A stretch of DNA of 64,000 nucleotides from the human T2T-CHM13v2.0 reference genome, Homo sapiens. The stretch lies in NCBI RefSeq assembly GCF_009914755.1, contig NC_060932.1; one strand, written 5' to 3'. The position numbers and the translations under genes are program-made. The notes under the pieces were generated by a model. That model saw only the letters and a program-made list of their open reading frames with translations, made no database searches and had not been told where the DNA came from. Every line of letters begins with the position of its first letter. The stretch's first letter is position 1. Positions 43,274 to 57,587 of the stretch are shown here, in pieces.

Positions 43274-43935
43274 ACAGTAGGTGGCCCTTTATCTTTGGGG
43301 GCATGTTCCAAGACCCCCATTGAATGCCTGAGACCTTGAATAGTATAGAACCCTATATACACTATGTTTTTTTCCTATACATATGTAGCTATAATAAAGT
43401 TTAATTTATAAATTAGGCACAGTAAGAGATTAACAACTGATAAGAAAAAATTTATAATAATATAAGGTAATAAAAGTTATGTGAATGTATTCTCTCTCTC
43501 AAAATATCTTGGTATTTTCAGACAGTGATTGACTACATTGAAACCATGGAAAACAAAATGTTTTTTTGCAGTAACCGAAATGGAAAAAATGGAACTGAAG
43601 GTCGGGTGCAGTGGCTCATGCCTGTAATCCCAGCACTTTTGGAGGCCGAGGTGGGTGGATCACGATGTCAGGAGATCGAGACCATCCTGGCTAACATGGT
43701 GAAACCCTGTCTCTACTAAAAATACAAAAAAATTAGCCGGGCGTGGTGGCGGGCGCCTGTAGTCCCAGCTACTCAGGAGGCTGAGGCAGGAGAATGGCGT
43801 GAATCCAGGAGCCGAAGCTTGCAGTGAGCCAAGATCGCGCCACTGCTCTCCAGCCTGGGAGACAGTGTGAGACTCTGTCTCAAAAAAAAAAAAAAAAAAA
43901 AAAAAAAAGGAACCGAAGATAAGGGGAGACTACTG
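43274..43935. mobile_element. MER44 (Tigger7-derived) DNA transposon, interrupted by AluY
   Basis: TA-CAGTAG...GATAAGGGGAGACTACTG-TA termini; GTTCCAAGACCCCCA...GAACCCTATATA. Confidence 0.8.
43600..43908 (+). mobile_element. AluY
   Basis: GAGATCGAGACCATCCTGGCTAAC, GAATGGCGTGAA; TSD GGAAC(T/C)GAAG. Confidence 0.95.
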
Positions 43936-44142
43936 TATACATTTAAGTGCTAGGCAGTATGGCTGCCCCGTAGGAAGCTCTCTGGGTGTGACAATTGTTG
44001 TGGAGATTAGAGATTATGCCTGTAAAGCCTGGTAAACAGTAGCTAATACCATTATAAGCCTAGTTCAGCACAGGAAGCTTCCCAAACAAAAATCATCGCT
44101 TTGCCCCAACCCTGAGTTTATTGTCAAATTTGTGCTCTTTAG

Positions 44143-44582
<440 letters not shown>

Positions 44583-44603
44583 TAAACATGGAGGAGTCTG
44601 CAC

Positions 44604-45053
44604 TGGGTAAAGGGTTAAAGGGTGTCCTGGCAAAATACATGTCCATCCAGAACCTCAGAATGTGTTCGTATTTGGAAATAGGGTCCTTGCAGATGTAATC
44701 GGGTGAAGATGGGTTCATATTGGATTGGAGTGAGTCATAATCCACTGTGACTGGTGTCTTTAAAAGAAAAGGACACACGGAAATTCAGAGACAGAAAGAC
44801 CCACAGGGAGAATGCCATGTGATGACAGAGGCAGAGACTGGAGTGATGGGTCTATAGCCAACGGACACCAAAGACTCTCATCCACCAGAAGCTGGAAGAG
44901 GCAAGAAGGTATGGTCTCCTAGAGCTTTCAGATGGAACAAGTCCCTCCTGATACCTTGATTTTGGACTGCTGGCCTCCAGAACAGTTAGAGAATACATTC
45001 TTGTTATTTTAAGTCACCCAGTTTTTAGTATGGCAGGCACAGGAAACTAATAT
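44604..45053 (+). mobile_element. MLT1C-like MaLR LTR
   Basis: GAACCTCAGAATGTG...TTTGGAAATAGGGTC...CCACCAGAAGCTGGAAGAGGCAAG...GGAAACTAATATA. Confidence 0.87.
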
Positions 45054-45825
45054 AGACCCTAAGAAGTCTTCCAGCTCTGCTATTCTTAACTTACTGGGAC
45101 ACAGAAAGCCCTGTCTCCTCATTTGACATTATCCACCTACTTTCACTACCTTGATCTCTGAAGGTGCTTTAGACCTGCCTGTCCCCTAAAAAGCAAAGAG
45201 GGACAGGAAGGAAAGGAAGTCAGGTGGAAGAGGAGGTGGGGTGTTGGAAACAGAGGTTGAAGTGGCAGAAGCAGCACTTCCTGAGTCTGGAAAGGTGGGA
45301 GGGAATGAAGAGCCTCAGGGCTGAGGGAGAAGGGCCTGCTTCCTTTGTGAGGCCACTCAGAGGCAGTGGGTCACCGAGGCTCGGTCATAAGTGACTGAGG
45401 TGATAAGTGGGTCAGTTAAGCAACAATCGAGGTCTGGGCGCCTTGTCATTTGGAGAGGGCTTAGGTTTTGCCGAGGAATCAGGTCTGAGGATTTGGGGTT
45501 CTTTCGCCCTGTATTTGTCAGTGAACTTATAGGGCAAAATGTTTAATAAGCAATTTGTCTCTGGAAGGAGAGGAAGGAACTAATGTTTTGAATTTCAGAT
45601 GAGATTCTTTCAAGTTCTTTCCTTCGATGAGAAAATAAACAAAGATGAATAGTTATCTCTGCCCATATGGTCTAGAAGCGGGTATAGAAGGCAGGACCTT
45701 CTGTAGGCTGGACACTGTGCTGGAGATTTTTACAAATAAAAAACTTTACTCCTGAGAGTAACTATGGTAGTTACCAAGAACCCCAGCTTGCAGATGAGAC
45801 TCAGAGCTGTGAATTAGCTCAGTCA

Positions 45826-46192
<367 letters not shown>

Positions 46193-46422
46193 CCAGGCTC
46201 TTAGCATTCAATATAGCCAATTCTCCCTTTTTTGTCTCCATCTTTCCTCTTCTCTCAAACTCGTATGTATTCATTTAGAGCGCTCACTTGCCATTCTCAC
46301 CAGCACAGAAAAATTTGAAGAATCATAAAAGGTCAGAATAAGAAGGAACTTGCCCACCTTTTCATTTTAGGAATGAAGAAACTCATTTCTTGCCTCAGTT
46401 TTCTCAAAGAGAGCTGTTCTCT

Positions 46423-46724
<302 letters not shown>

Positions 46725-46755
46725 AGCTGTTCTTTTAATCCTTTAAATCTTTTAC

Positions 46756-46887
46756 AGCCAGGTGCAGTGGCTCACACCTGCAATCCCAGCTATTCAGGAG
46801 ATTGAGGCAGGAGAACTGTTTGAGGCCAGGAATTTGAGACCAGCCTGCTGGGCCACATAGCCAGATCCAGTCTCAAACAAAACAAAA
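46756..46887 (+). mobile_element. FLAM monomer
   Basis: Left monomer with (CAAAA) tail. Confidence 0.85.
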
Positions 46888-47631
46888 CCCCACAAATGAT
46901 TACATCTCTGAAGTGTCTGATTCTCCAAAGACATAGAGAGAGGAAATGACCAAGTCAAGGACATACAGCCAGTGAGGATGAGCCCAGGCTTGGACAGAGA
47001 GATCCAGCTTTGTTAGTCTCCTAGACCACACAAACTTTGGCAGAACTTCATGATCCAAGAAAAGCCAAGGAATAATGGAAAGCTTCTTTCTTCTGCATCC
47101 TTACAATTTCTAGGAATCAGATGAAATTCTTTCAAGTCCTTTCCTTTGATGAGAAAATAAACAAAGATGAATAGTTATCTCTGCCTACGTGGTTGAGAAA
47201 AGGATACAGAAGACAATGTCTAGAAATGGAGCCCATCAAGGAGTTGAGCACATTCACTCATTTGCTTACAAAGCCTGATGATTTAGAAATCATTAATGAG
47301 AGGGAAGCCAGGCACAATTTCCCATCGTTCTTTTTCAGAGAAAAATTTCCAATTTTATTTTTTGGCATTTTTTTGAGATATTGCTTATAGATAATAAATG
47401 GTACCCATAATATGCCATGTAATGGTAGTACAACATTAAAGGACCATCTACTGAGTTTTGACTTATGTATACAACTATAAAACTATCACAAGTGAGATGC
47501 CAGACAGTTTCATCGTCCACCCCCAAAGACTTCCTAGTGTCCCTTTAGAATCTTTCTCTCCCTATAATCCCATCCCCAGGCAACCACTGATGTGCTTTCT
47601 GTCACTTCAGATTACTTTAGTTTGCTTTCTT

Positions 47632-48210
<579 letters not shown>

Positions 48211-48418
48211 CTAGTTTGCAATTCTCAGAGTTTTATATACATGAATCATATGATCTATATTCTTTTTTGTTGCTGTTGTCTGGAGTATTTTACTCAGCAT
48301 AGTCATTTTGAAATTTATTCCTGGTGGTGGCTATACTGACAGTTTATTCTGTTTTAGTTTAGAAGTGGCATTCCATTGTATGGATATACCACAGTTAGTT
48401 TATACAGTTGTCTGTTGA

Positions 48419-48750
<332 letters not shown>

Positions 48751-49084
48751 TACTGTTGTTTTTAACATGGCACTCGCATGCGTCTTCCCTTTGGTACCCA
48801 GGTATGGCTGAGTGCCACTGACCAGAGCACCTTGATTCATTTCCCCCTCTGGGCACCAGGACATGACTTTCCAAGTCCCAGAAAGCCTGCGTTTGCAGAG
48901 TCCCCTGGTTCCACCTAGAAACCTGGTAATGAAGTCTCCTTATGAGTAAATAATACAACCCTATATAAGCGATTAGGACAGAACTCCACATGCTGGACGA
49001 AAACAAAAGGATCAAGCAATAGGTCTTGGATGACTGGAGGGTTTCCAAAATTTACTTCCAGAGACAGGAACTGAAAAAACAGCC

Positions 49085-49392
49085 AAACAAAAATCATTAT
49101 TTCACAAAGCCTGTTTGAGAAAACCACTTGTTCCTCCGGATGATAGTAGATGTTTTTCAAATAAAAACAAAACCCTAGACTTTTTTATTACTTAAATTTT
49201 AGAAATACCAAGTTAAACAAATTTAAGTTTCTTTATCACAAGACCTCTCAGAGCCTGTACCATGTTAATGATGTTCACTATAAATTCTGAGAAGGTTATA
49301 TTTAATTTGAAATTTCCTCAGTGTATTGGACCACCAAACAGTTTTCCCCTCGTAAACTAGTGTTTCATAAGGACACACTTTGGGAAATGCTC
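49085..49392. mobile_element. hAT-Charlie relic (MER103/MER119-like)
   Basis: GACCTCTCAGAGCC...GGACACACTTTGGGAAATGCT. Confidence 0.5.
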
Positions 49393-49529
49393 TTTTAGGG
49401 ACTTAATCATCTCTAAAGAAATTTTAATATGAAGGAAAAGGAAAGTAGGTAATAAAATGTGAAAATTAAGGCAAAATTAGATTCAGATTCCCCCCACAAC
49501 CTTCAATAGGGGATGCTGGTCTCAGATAA

Positions 49530-49873
49530 TTTCTTTCTTTCTTTTTCTTTCTATTCTTTTCTTTTCTTTTTTCTTTTTTTTTTTTTTTTTTGAGATAGGG
49601 TCTTCCTCTGTTACCCAGGCTCCGGTGTGCATGTCACAATCACAACTCACTGCAGCCTCCATCTCCTGGCTCAAGCGATCCTCCCACCTCAGCCTCCTGA
49701 GTGGCTGGGACTATAGGTGTGCACCATGATGCCTGACTAACTTTTAATTTTTTTGTAGAGACGGTGTCTTGCTATGTTGCCCAGGCATGTCTTAAACTCC
49801 TGGACTCAAGCAATTCCCTCATCTTAGCCTCCCAAACTGCTGGGATTATAGGCAGGAACCACCATGCTTGACC
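49530..49873 (-). mobile_element. AluJ-like
   Basis: Antisense dimer with (CTTT)n tail. Confidence 0.92.
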
Positions 49874-50766
49874 TTATCATAGTTTTCTAAGTCCTTTGCC
49901 CCCAATATGACCCCAATATTTACGTTAATTTTTCTCATCATAAATGGCTCTTCAGACCCCTTTCCCTATGATCCCAGAACTGTGACAGGCAGTTGTCCTC
50001 TCCCCAAGCTTCTCTTGAACTTTGCCCTTTCTCATCACTTCTGGAGGTAGGGGTGGCAGTGGCACTGTGGGGCCACCCCTTGGTTAGGGGTGCCACTGGC
50101 TGCCTTGGTTAGGCTGCCTCCAACAGGTGTGCTTCTGTGAAGCTAGCATGTTGCTGCTTATGGATTCTATAAAGCACCATTTTTCTGCTTTATAAGCTCT
50201 CTGCTGTAATCCAAACTCCATAAATGAGCAATTCCTTTGCATAATGAATGGATGAGGCTGTTTTATGCACTTTTATGTTGTTCCAAGTCTGTGGTTTTAC
50301 TAAATTTCCACCTCAAAGATATGTAATTAGAGCCTCTGCAATCTGCTATCCTGGCCCTCCCCACCCTCCTCTGGAATCCACAATCATCTTGCAGGCTGGT
50401 TTCTGACAGGAGCAAACAGAGTAGGGGGCGCACATGCATACGTCTGTCTGTGGGTCTTGCGTGGGTAGAGGGACGTGCCTCTGTCTTTTGGAAATTGGGA
50501 TGGATGGGGCTGGGGTAGCGGATGCCTCCCTTTCCCTGACCTCTGGCTTTCCAGCTCACTATGGGGCTATTCAGTTCTCTGCCTCCCAGTCCCCAGAGTG
50601 GTCTGTCTCCTCACTGCCCTCTGCAGAAGGCATTCATCCCTCCCACCCAGTCTTTGCCCATGCTGTTGCCACTGCCAGAACCACCTTTCCTTCTCTGGCC
50701 CAAACACATTTTCCTTCAAGATCTGGCTCAAATTCCCTAAGTTTTGTAAAATATTCTTTCTCCTTA

Positions 50767-50807
50767 CTGGGTGACAGGGTGAGACTCCATCTGAAAAAAA
50801 AAAAAAA
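50767..50807 (+). mobile_element. Extremely 5'-truncated Alu
   Basis: CTGGGTGACAGGGTGAGACTCCATCTG plus poly(A) between 12-bp direct repeats TCTTTCTCCTTA. Confidence 0.88.
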
Positions 50808-50823
50808 TCTTTCTCCTTAAGGA

Positions 50824-51236
50824 TCTTTCTATCTTTCCTTCCTTCTCTTTCTTCTTACTTTTTCTTTCTCTCTCTCTCCTTCCTTCCTTCCTTCCTTCCT
50901 TCTTTTCTTCCTTTCCTTTCCTTTCCTTTCTTCTTTCCTTCTTTCTTCTTTTTTGAGACAAGTTCTGGCTCTGTCACCCAGGCTGGAGTGCAGGGGCATG
51001 ATCATAGCAAACTATAGCCTCTAACTCTGGGGCTTAAGTGATCCTCCTGCCTCAGCCTCCTGAATGGCTGGGATTACAGGTGCACACCGCTACACCCAGC
51101 TATTTATAAAATATATTTTTAAAGATGAGATTTTTCTATGTTGGCCCAGCTGGTCTGAACTCCTGGCCTCAAGTGATCCTTCTGCTTTGGCCTCCCTAAG
51201 TGCTGGGATTATGGGTGTGAGCCACCGCGCCAGGCT
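50824..51236 (-). mobile_element. AluJ-like with long CT-rich expanded tail
   Basis: (CCTT/CTTT)n tract followed by antisense dimer. Confidence 0.9.
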
Positions 51237-51787
51237 GGGATCTTTCTTTTCTCATTCTTGTTGTATTAAATTGGTACAGCAAAGCTCAGCATTGTTAGTT
51301 TTGTGTGTATTTATGTGACTAGAGGTTAAGCTCCTTTACAGTGGGGACCATGTCTTATGCTCCCTTGTAGAAAAGCCTGATGTGAAGCGGTCGTCTGGCT
51401 GCTTTTAATTTGGGAGGACAGATGAAAATGATTAGTATCTTACAAGGCTTCAGATAGAAACTCCAAGCTTCTGTAGCCCTTTCTGTATCTCTATTCACTG
51501 CAATTATACAATTTCTCAATTTTCTAGTGGAAAAGCATTTGGGAGGAAGTGGAACCAAAGCAGATCCTATCCAAGGTGAATGGCAAGCAGCTATATGAGG
51601 ATGGCCTTGCTCCCAGCCGGGTTAGTTTTCACAACAGGCCTGTGTGCCTTGCGCGGTCTTCTGTGCAAAGTCCTTCCCTCCCTCGCCCTCAGCTTTGGAA
51701 GAAGACCCCGGCAGGAGATGGAAGATGGTGCCAGCATGGTGAAAAAGGCTGGGAGTTTGGGAAGCAGATACATTTTGGTTTAGTTCC

Positions 51788-52085
51788 TTTTTTTTTTTTT
51801 TTTAAACAGAGTCTCACTCTGTTGCTCAGGCTGGAGTGCAGTGGCATGATCTCCGCTCACTGCAACCTCCACCTCCCAGCTTGAAGTGATTCTCCTGCCT
51901 CAGCCTCCTGAGTAGCTGGGATTACAGGCATGTGCCACCACACCTGGATAATTTTTGTATTTTAGTAGAGATGGGGTTTCACCATGTTGGCCAGGCTAGT
52001 CTTGAACTCCTGAGCTCAAGTGATCCATCTGCCTCAGCCTCCCAAAGTGCTGTGTTTACAGGTGTGAGCCACCGCGCCTCACCTG
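51788..52085 (-). mobile_element. AluS-like
   Basis: Antisense dimer; TSD TGGTTTAGTTC. Confidence 0.94.
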
Positions 52086-52629
52086 GTTTAGTTCTTGAAC
52101 TTCCTCACTGTGGGACATTGGGCAATTTAGCTCATCACTCTGGGCCCTGCTTTCTTCCAATTTAAAATGAGACAGTGAGATACCTAATGGCTGGAGTGTA
52201 AGGGGGCTGGGAAGACGGACCCTCCATAATGGCTGGTCATGATGGTCATCAGGAAAGTGGTGGCCATAGATGAAGTGCAGAGAGAACAGATATGATTGTT
52301 CCTTGCTCTTTCCAATCAGACTCACATCAAGGTGAAAAGTCATCTTTTTCCATAGCTATTTCTGAGGCTGACTCAGGATCATCTTACAAAACATCATCTC
52401 CTGTGAATTCCAGCTGAAGTGTGCTAGCCAGGTCACTTGAGACCCATCAGGCACATGGGACCCAGTGTGGCCCAGGTGTCCCAGGCCAGTCCCCAAAACG
52501 CAGCAGTAGTGCCTCTGTTCTGTCTCTGGCTTTCTTGCCTTACAGTGTGATCCAGTGGTCTCATCTCCCTTCTCTGAGTCTGATTTTCTGCCCCACAGGC
52601 ACTCACCATCCATAGTCAAAAGAGTTAAA

Positions 52630-52630
<1 letters not shown>

Positions 52631-52660
<30 letters not shown>

Positions 52661-52950
52661 TATTTTTGAGATAGGGTCTCATTCTGTAGTCAACCAGGCT
52701 GGAATGCAGTGGTGTGGTCATAGCTCACTGCAGCCGCAACCTGCCAGGCTCAAGTGATCCTCCCACCTCAGTCTTCCGAGTAGTTGGGACTACAGGCTTG
52801 CACTACCATGCCCAGCTAATTTTTCTATTTTTGTAGAGATGGAGTCTCACTATGTTGCCAGGGCTGGTCTCAAGATTCTGGCCTCAAGTGATCCTCTTGC
52901 CTCAGCCTCCCAAAATAGTGGGATTACAGGCGTGAGCCACTACTCCTGGT
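52631..52950 (-). mobile_element. AluJ-like with (TA)n tail
   Basis: Antisense dimer. Confidence 0.92.
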
Positions 52951-53324
52951 CAAGTTAAGACATTCTTGTCAACAACTCTGATTATTTACTTTTATTTTGG
53001 TGCATCCAAGAAAAACTGGCAGAGTGGGCCTTCCTCTACACCCTTGATATTGCTAAGCACTATGTGAGTTTCTTTCAGATCCTTCTTAGTTTTCTCTTTT
53101 GTTGAGGGAAAAGAAAGAATAAAGTCAACTTCACAAAACAAATTCTGTGCCAAATGGCTCAGGAAGCAAAAGTCTAAAAGTCGAGTATATTAAAGCTTTG
53201 AACTCATTCACTAATTCAATTGTTCACTTCATTAATCCTGATGCTAATATGCACATATTCAATTACGCACACACACATACACACAACACACAAATATACC
53301 TATGCACGTATGATAATCTTTTCT

Positions 53325-53885
53325 TTGTACCAACCATCCCCAAAGCTCGGTAGCTTAAAACAACAACTATTTTATTTTCTCACAAGTCTGCAGTTCCACA
53401 CTCTGAGCAGGGCTCAGCTTTGGACAAAGATCCCTGCAGGAAATAGAAGGTGAGCAGATGGTGCCATGGGGGATACTTTCTCCAGAGGTCACTAACATGG
53501 GTGTATTCCTGGCGTGGCTCAGCTGGGCCCCTTGGTCTAAGGTGGCCTCATGGATGCATCTGGTGCTTGGTGTTGACTGTTTTCCCTGCCTCTCCCCCTC
53601 AAGATCTCCCATCCTCAAGAAGGCCAGCCCAGGCTTCATCACACAGCAGTGGAAGAGTTCTGATTTAAGAGAAGAAGAGTGGAAGCTGCAGGTCCTGTTG
53701 AGACCTGGACTAGGAAGACACACAATGCCACTTCTGCCACATTCTAGTTGTCATTTCTGGTTGTGAAAGCAAGTCCCAGGGCCAGTCAAGATTCAAGGAA
53801 AGGGTAAATAAACTCCATTACTTGATGGGTGCAGCCAAAAAAAGTCATGTTCAAAGGCATGCCCACAGGGGCAGGAGGGATTGTT
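53325..53885 (-). mobile_element. Old MLT1 (F-H type) MaLR LTR
   Basis: GCTTAAAACAACAACTATTTTATTTTCTCACAAGTCTGCAG...CACTTCTGCCACATTCTA...AAAGCAAGTC. Confidence 0.72.
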
Positions 53886-54002
53886 CTCGTGCTCCTTGTC
53901 TCTCTATTTCTTTGTCTATAACTTATATCTACATATAGTCTATACCTATATATTTATAGATCTGGACATGTATATATAGATATAGATAGGTGGATAGATA
54001 GA

Positions 54003-54003
<1 letters not shown>

Positions 54004-54033
<30 letters not shown>

Positions 54034-54180
54034 GTGACAGGGTCTCACTCCATTGCCCAGGCTGAAGCGCAGTGGTGCAATCATAGCTCACTGCAACTTC
54101 GACCTTCTGGATTCAAGTGATCCTCCCACCTCAGCCTCCCAAGTAGCTAGGACCACAGGCACAGGCCACCACGCCCTAAT
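54004..54180 (-). mobile_element. FRAM/AluJ right monomer
   Basis: Poly(T) followed by antisense monomer. Confidence 0.88.
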
Positions 54181-54600
54181 TGTTTTATTTAACCCTTAAA
54201 ACCAAGCATCACCTTGGATGTGAGAAAAAATTGTAGTCGAGGGCGTTCGGGAACTTATTCAAGGTCACACAGCATTCTAGATTCAGATGTAGACCTGGCC
54301 TTCAGCTCCCCCTTCCCACCTTCAAGTCCAGCCTTCAAGTCTAGCCTCTTTCCACTTTCCCATCATCCACAGGGAGGAGTTGGCTCAGCCAAGTGAGCTT
54401 TTCTAGGATAGCTTCATGAAACAGCTGCCATTTGAGCGGGTTCTATTCTGGGCATGTTTACAGGACGCTAGGGGGCCAATGGGCTTGTTCTTCCCGCCCT
54501 CTGTCCAGTGGCAGTGACAGCAATCTGAGTCCTCTCCCAAGGACAGGTGGCAGCAACATGCCTGTGCTGGTGAACACTGGAATGAGAGCAGTGGGGATGT

Positions 54601-55006
54601 AGGAGGAGGAGATGAAAGAGGAAGAGGAAAAGGAGGATGAGAAGGAAGAGGAAGAGGAGGAGGGGAAGTGGGGAAGGAGGAGGGGGAAGAGGAGGAGGAG
54701 GAGAAGAAGGAAGGGAAGGAAGGGGAGGAGAAGGAAGAAAAGGAGAAGGAGGAGGAGGAGGAAATGGTGGAGGGGAAAGAGGAGGAGGGGAAAGAAGAGG
54801 AGGAGGAAGAAGAGGAGGAGGAAGAAGAGGAGGAGAGAAAGGAGGAGGAAGAAAAGGAGGAGGAGGGAAAGGAGGAGAAGGGAAAGGAGGAGGAGGGAAA
54901 GGAGGAGGAAGAGGAGGAGATGGAAAAGGAGCAGGAGGAGGAGGAAGAGAAGGAGGAGGAGGAGGGGGAAAAAGAGGAGGAGAGAAAGGAGGAGGAGGAG
55001 GAGGAG
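54601..55006. repeat. (GGA/GAA)n polypurine low-complexity tract
   Basis: About 405 nt with only 7 pyrimidines by my count. Confidence 0.97.
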
Positions 55007-56314
55007 TCGGCGGCAGGAGGAGCCTTCCTAACACCTGGAGGGAATAGTGAGAGGGTTTGGCAGCAGCGAGTAAAGAGGCCATTGTGGACAGGCCAAATTG
55101 GATGAAACTGAAGGAGGTTTTTCTCCCCCAGATTTTTACCTTAGAGATTTGCTTGCCTTGGCGTGTTCTATCCTGGGGCCCTCATGCGTTCGTTTGACCT
55201 CGCTTTCACATTTTACCTATAGACTTTATAGTGCTTTTACATCTATCTTATTATCATTTTTCATAAGATCCCTAAGACAAAGCTGGTGTGGGGACTGTCA
55301 TTCCTATTTCACTCATGAGGAAACTAAGGTGCCACATCAGGAAACAGTGAAGAGGGAGGGAGGGGAAAGTATTTAATGACCACCTAATATGTACCTGGCC
55401 TCTGTCAGGTGTTTTCTAGCAGTGACTCACTCATTCTTCTCCATAACGCCACTGCAATGATTAGAAAACAGAGGCACAGAGAAGGGCAGGCCTCCTCAAA
55501 CTAAGCGTACTCCTTTCAAAACCTGGGTAAAATGCAGCACTACAGACACCCAGGGTTTGTCTTTGGCCTCTGGAGGCCCCACCCTGGGCCTCAAGTTTCA
55601 GGCGGCCCCTCACTAACCCCACAGGGCTGGGGCAGTAACGAGGGCAGAGTGCTCTGAGCTGTCTGGGTTGGAGTTGCACCTGCTGTTCCACCAACCTCCT
55701 CCCGGCTCCTCTATTGAAAGGACTCCAGCCATTGTTCCTGCCTCCTTCTCCCTGCTCTCTTCCAGAGCAGCCAGCCCCAGCTCCCACAATCCCCTTTGGC
55801 CACTGGGGGCATGGACACCTCTAGCTGAAAGGTTCAGGCCTGGGGCCTTCCTCCAGACACAGCTGGGAGGCTCTCCTCCTCCCTCCTCAGGGCTGGGACC
55901 TCCAGGTACTTCTTGTAAAGGCCACAGGCTCTCTCAAGGATTTGCCCCAGGGTCTGGGGTCTCCGAATCCCAGAGTTCTAGATGATTTAGACCCCCAGAC
56001 ACTTCACCTTTCTGTGGCTTAGTCTTCCTCTTTGCATGAAAGACCGAAGAACCTCACCCCCCACCCTAAAACTTATCAAAGAAACGAGAGAGAATGAAGT
56101 TAAACATGGAAAAATACCACTCATTCCACAAGCTTTTACTAAGCACCTAGAAGCTGCCTAACATGTGCCAGCAGTAGAAAAATACAGGAAAGTTCAAGGG
56201 GTTCACAACATGCTAAGCAGATCAAATATCTGCACAGATAATAAGAATATAGTAATGAAGAAAGTCTTTCAATGTCTCACTTCTTTCCCTTTTTGACCCA
56301 CAGTGGCCAGACTT

Positions 56315-56445
56315 CATTCATCTGTTCATTTATTCATTGATCCATTCATTTGTCCATCCACCATCCATCCATCCATCCATCCATCCATCCATCCATCCAT
56401 CCATTCATCCATCCACCCACCCTTCCTTTCTTCCTTCCATCCATT
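56315..56445. repeat. (TCCA)n tetranucleotide repeat
   Basis: Read directly; probably derived from an L2 tail. Confidence 0.93.
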
Positions 56446-57487
56446 TGGTCAACCAGTCATTATTGGAGTACAAGATATTAAACACTGGAGAAGCAAAGAG
56501 GATACAACACAGAACCTGCCCTGGGAAGGAGGGAGGTGATGATACAGTCAAGGCAGCAAAATGCAGTACAATATCAAGCTATGGCTTAAGGGAGAACTGA
56601 GGCTATAGAATAATGCTCACTATACTCAGTCGTTGTAATGTCTGTGTGCCTCTGCCCCATTTACCTGAGGTCATACAGTCTCCCTATCCCTACAGCTCAG
56701 CATAGTGGCTGGCGCCAAATTAGAGCTCAATCAATGTTGAATGAAAGCACTAGTGAAATAAAGCAAAGAGTGTTGTAATTTCCTAAGTCTACTTCCTCAT
56801 GTGAGAAAATGGGTGCTAATTATAGCCTGGTAGAGATGGAATAAGTTCAGTTCCATATGTGCTTAATGAGATACAGTGCCTGAATCAACAGATATTACAT
56901 ATTCCCTTTTTGCTTCCTTCCTTAGCTTGGGCATGTCTCTTTCCCATTTTGGACCAGTTTTTTTTTGTTTGTTTTTGCTTTTGTTTTGTTTTTACAACTG
57001 AACAATGAAGGGCTTAGCTAAAATCCTAACCATTTGGATTCCAAATACGAGATTTTAGTCTAGTGCTAGTTGTTCCTGAGAAGAGACTCATGTGCATTTC
57101 ATAGATATTATGCAGCACTCACTGCATATTAATTATCAATTAAATATGAATCATCTGTGGGATGCTTCAGGCTCCTCAGGGATCATACTTTAGTTGCTTA
57201 GACAAATACAATAGGGAATTTTTCTAACGGTGAATGCAGTACCAACAGCAGAAGTTATTATTATACATATTTTTTCCCAAATATAGGCCACTGTTTTTAT
57301 TGATTTTGGGATGGCTTTTTAACTATTACCTCAGATGTAACTCCAAGAAGCAAAGATGCTTAAATGAGATTTTGATGTTAACAAATATGCAGAGGGAATG
57401 CTGCCTTTGGTGGTGCAAATGGCATTTGGGGGCCCCCTGCTGTTAGGCATAAGAGGTTTGTACAAGAAAACCCTGGTCTTTGGTCTG

Positions 57488-57505
57488 CATTGCCCCCTGG
57501 TGGTG
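57488..57505 (-). promoter_or_regulatory. Candidate CTCF site
   Basis: Minus strand CCACCAGGGGGCAAT matches the CTCF core CCASYAGRKGGC. Confidence 0.55.
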
Positions 57506-57587
57506 AGACTGATTTTTGACAGCGAGGGAGGGCTACTCCTGGGCCGAGCCACAGAGTCATCCAGCAAAGCTGTTAAGAACGAGGATA

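Noticed and set aside
54468-55105. Four overlapping ORFs of 136-204 aa (poly-Pro, Arg-, Gly- and Glu/Lys-rich)
   Set aside because: All are readouts of a stop-free GGA/GAA tract open in several frames on both strands; no domain or splice context.
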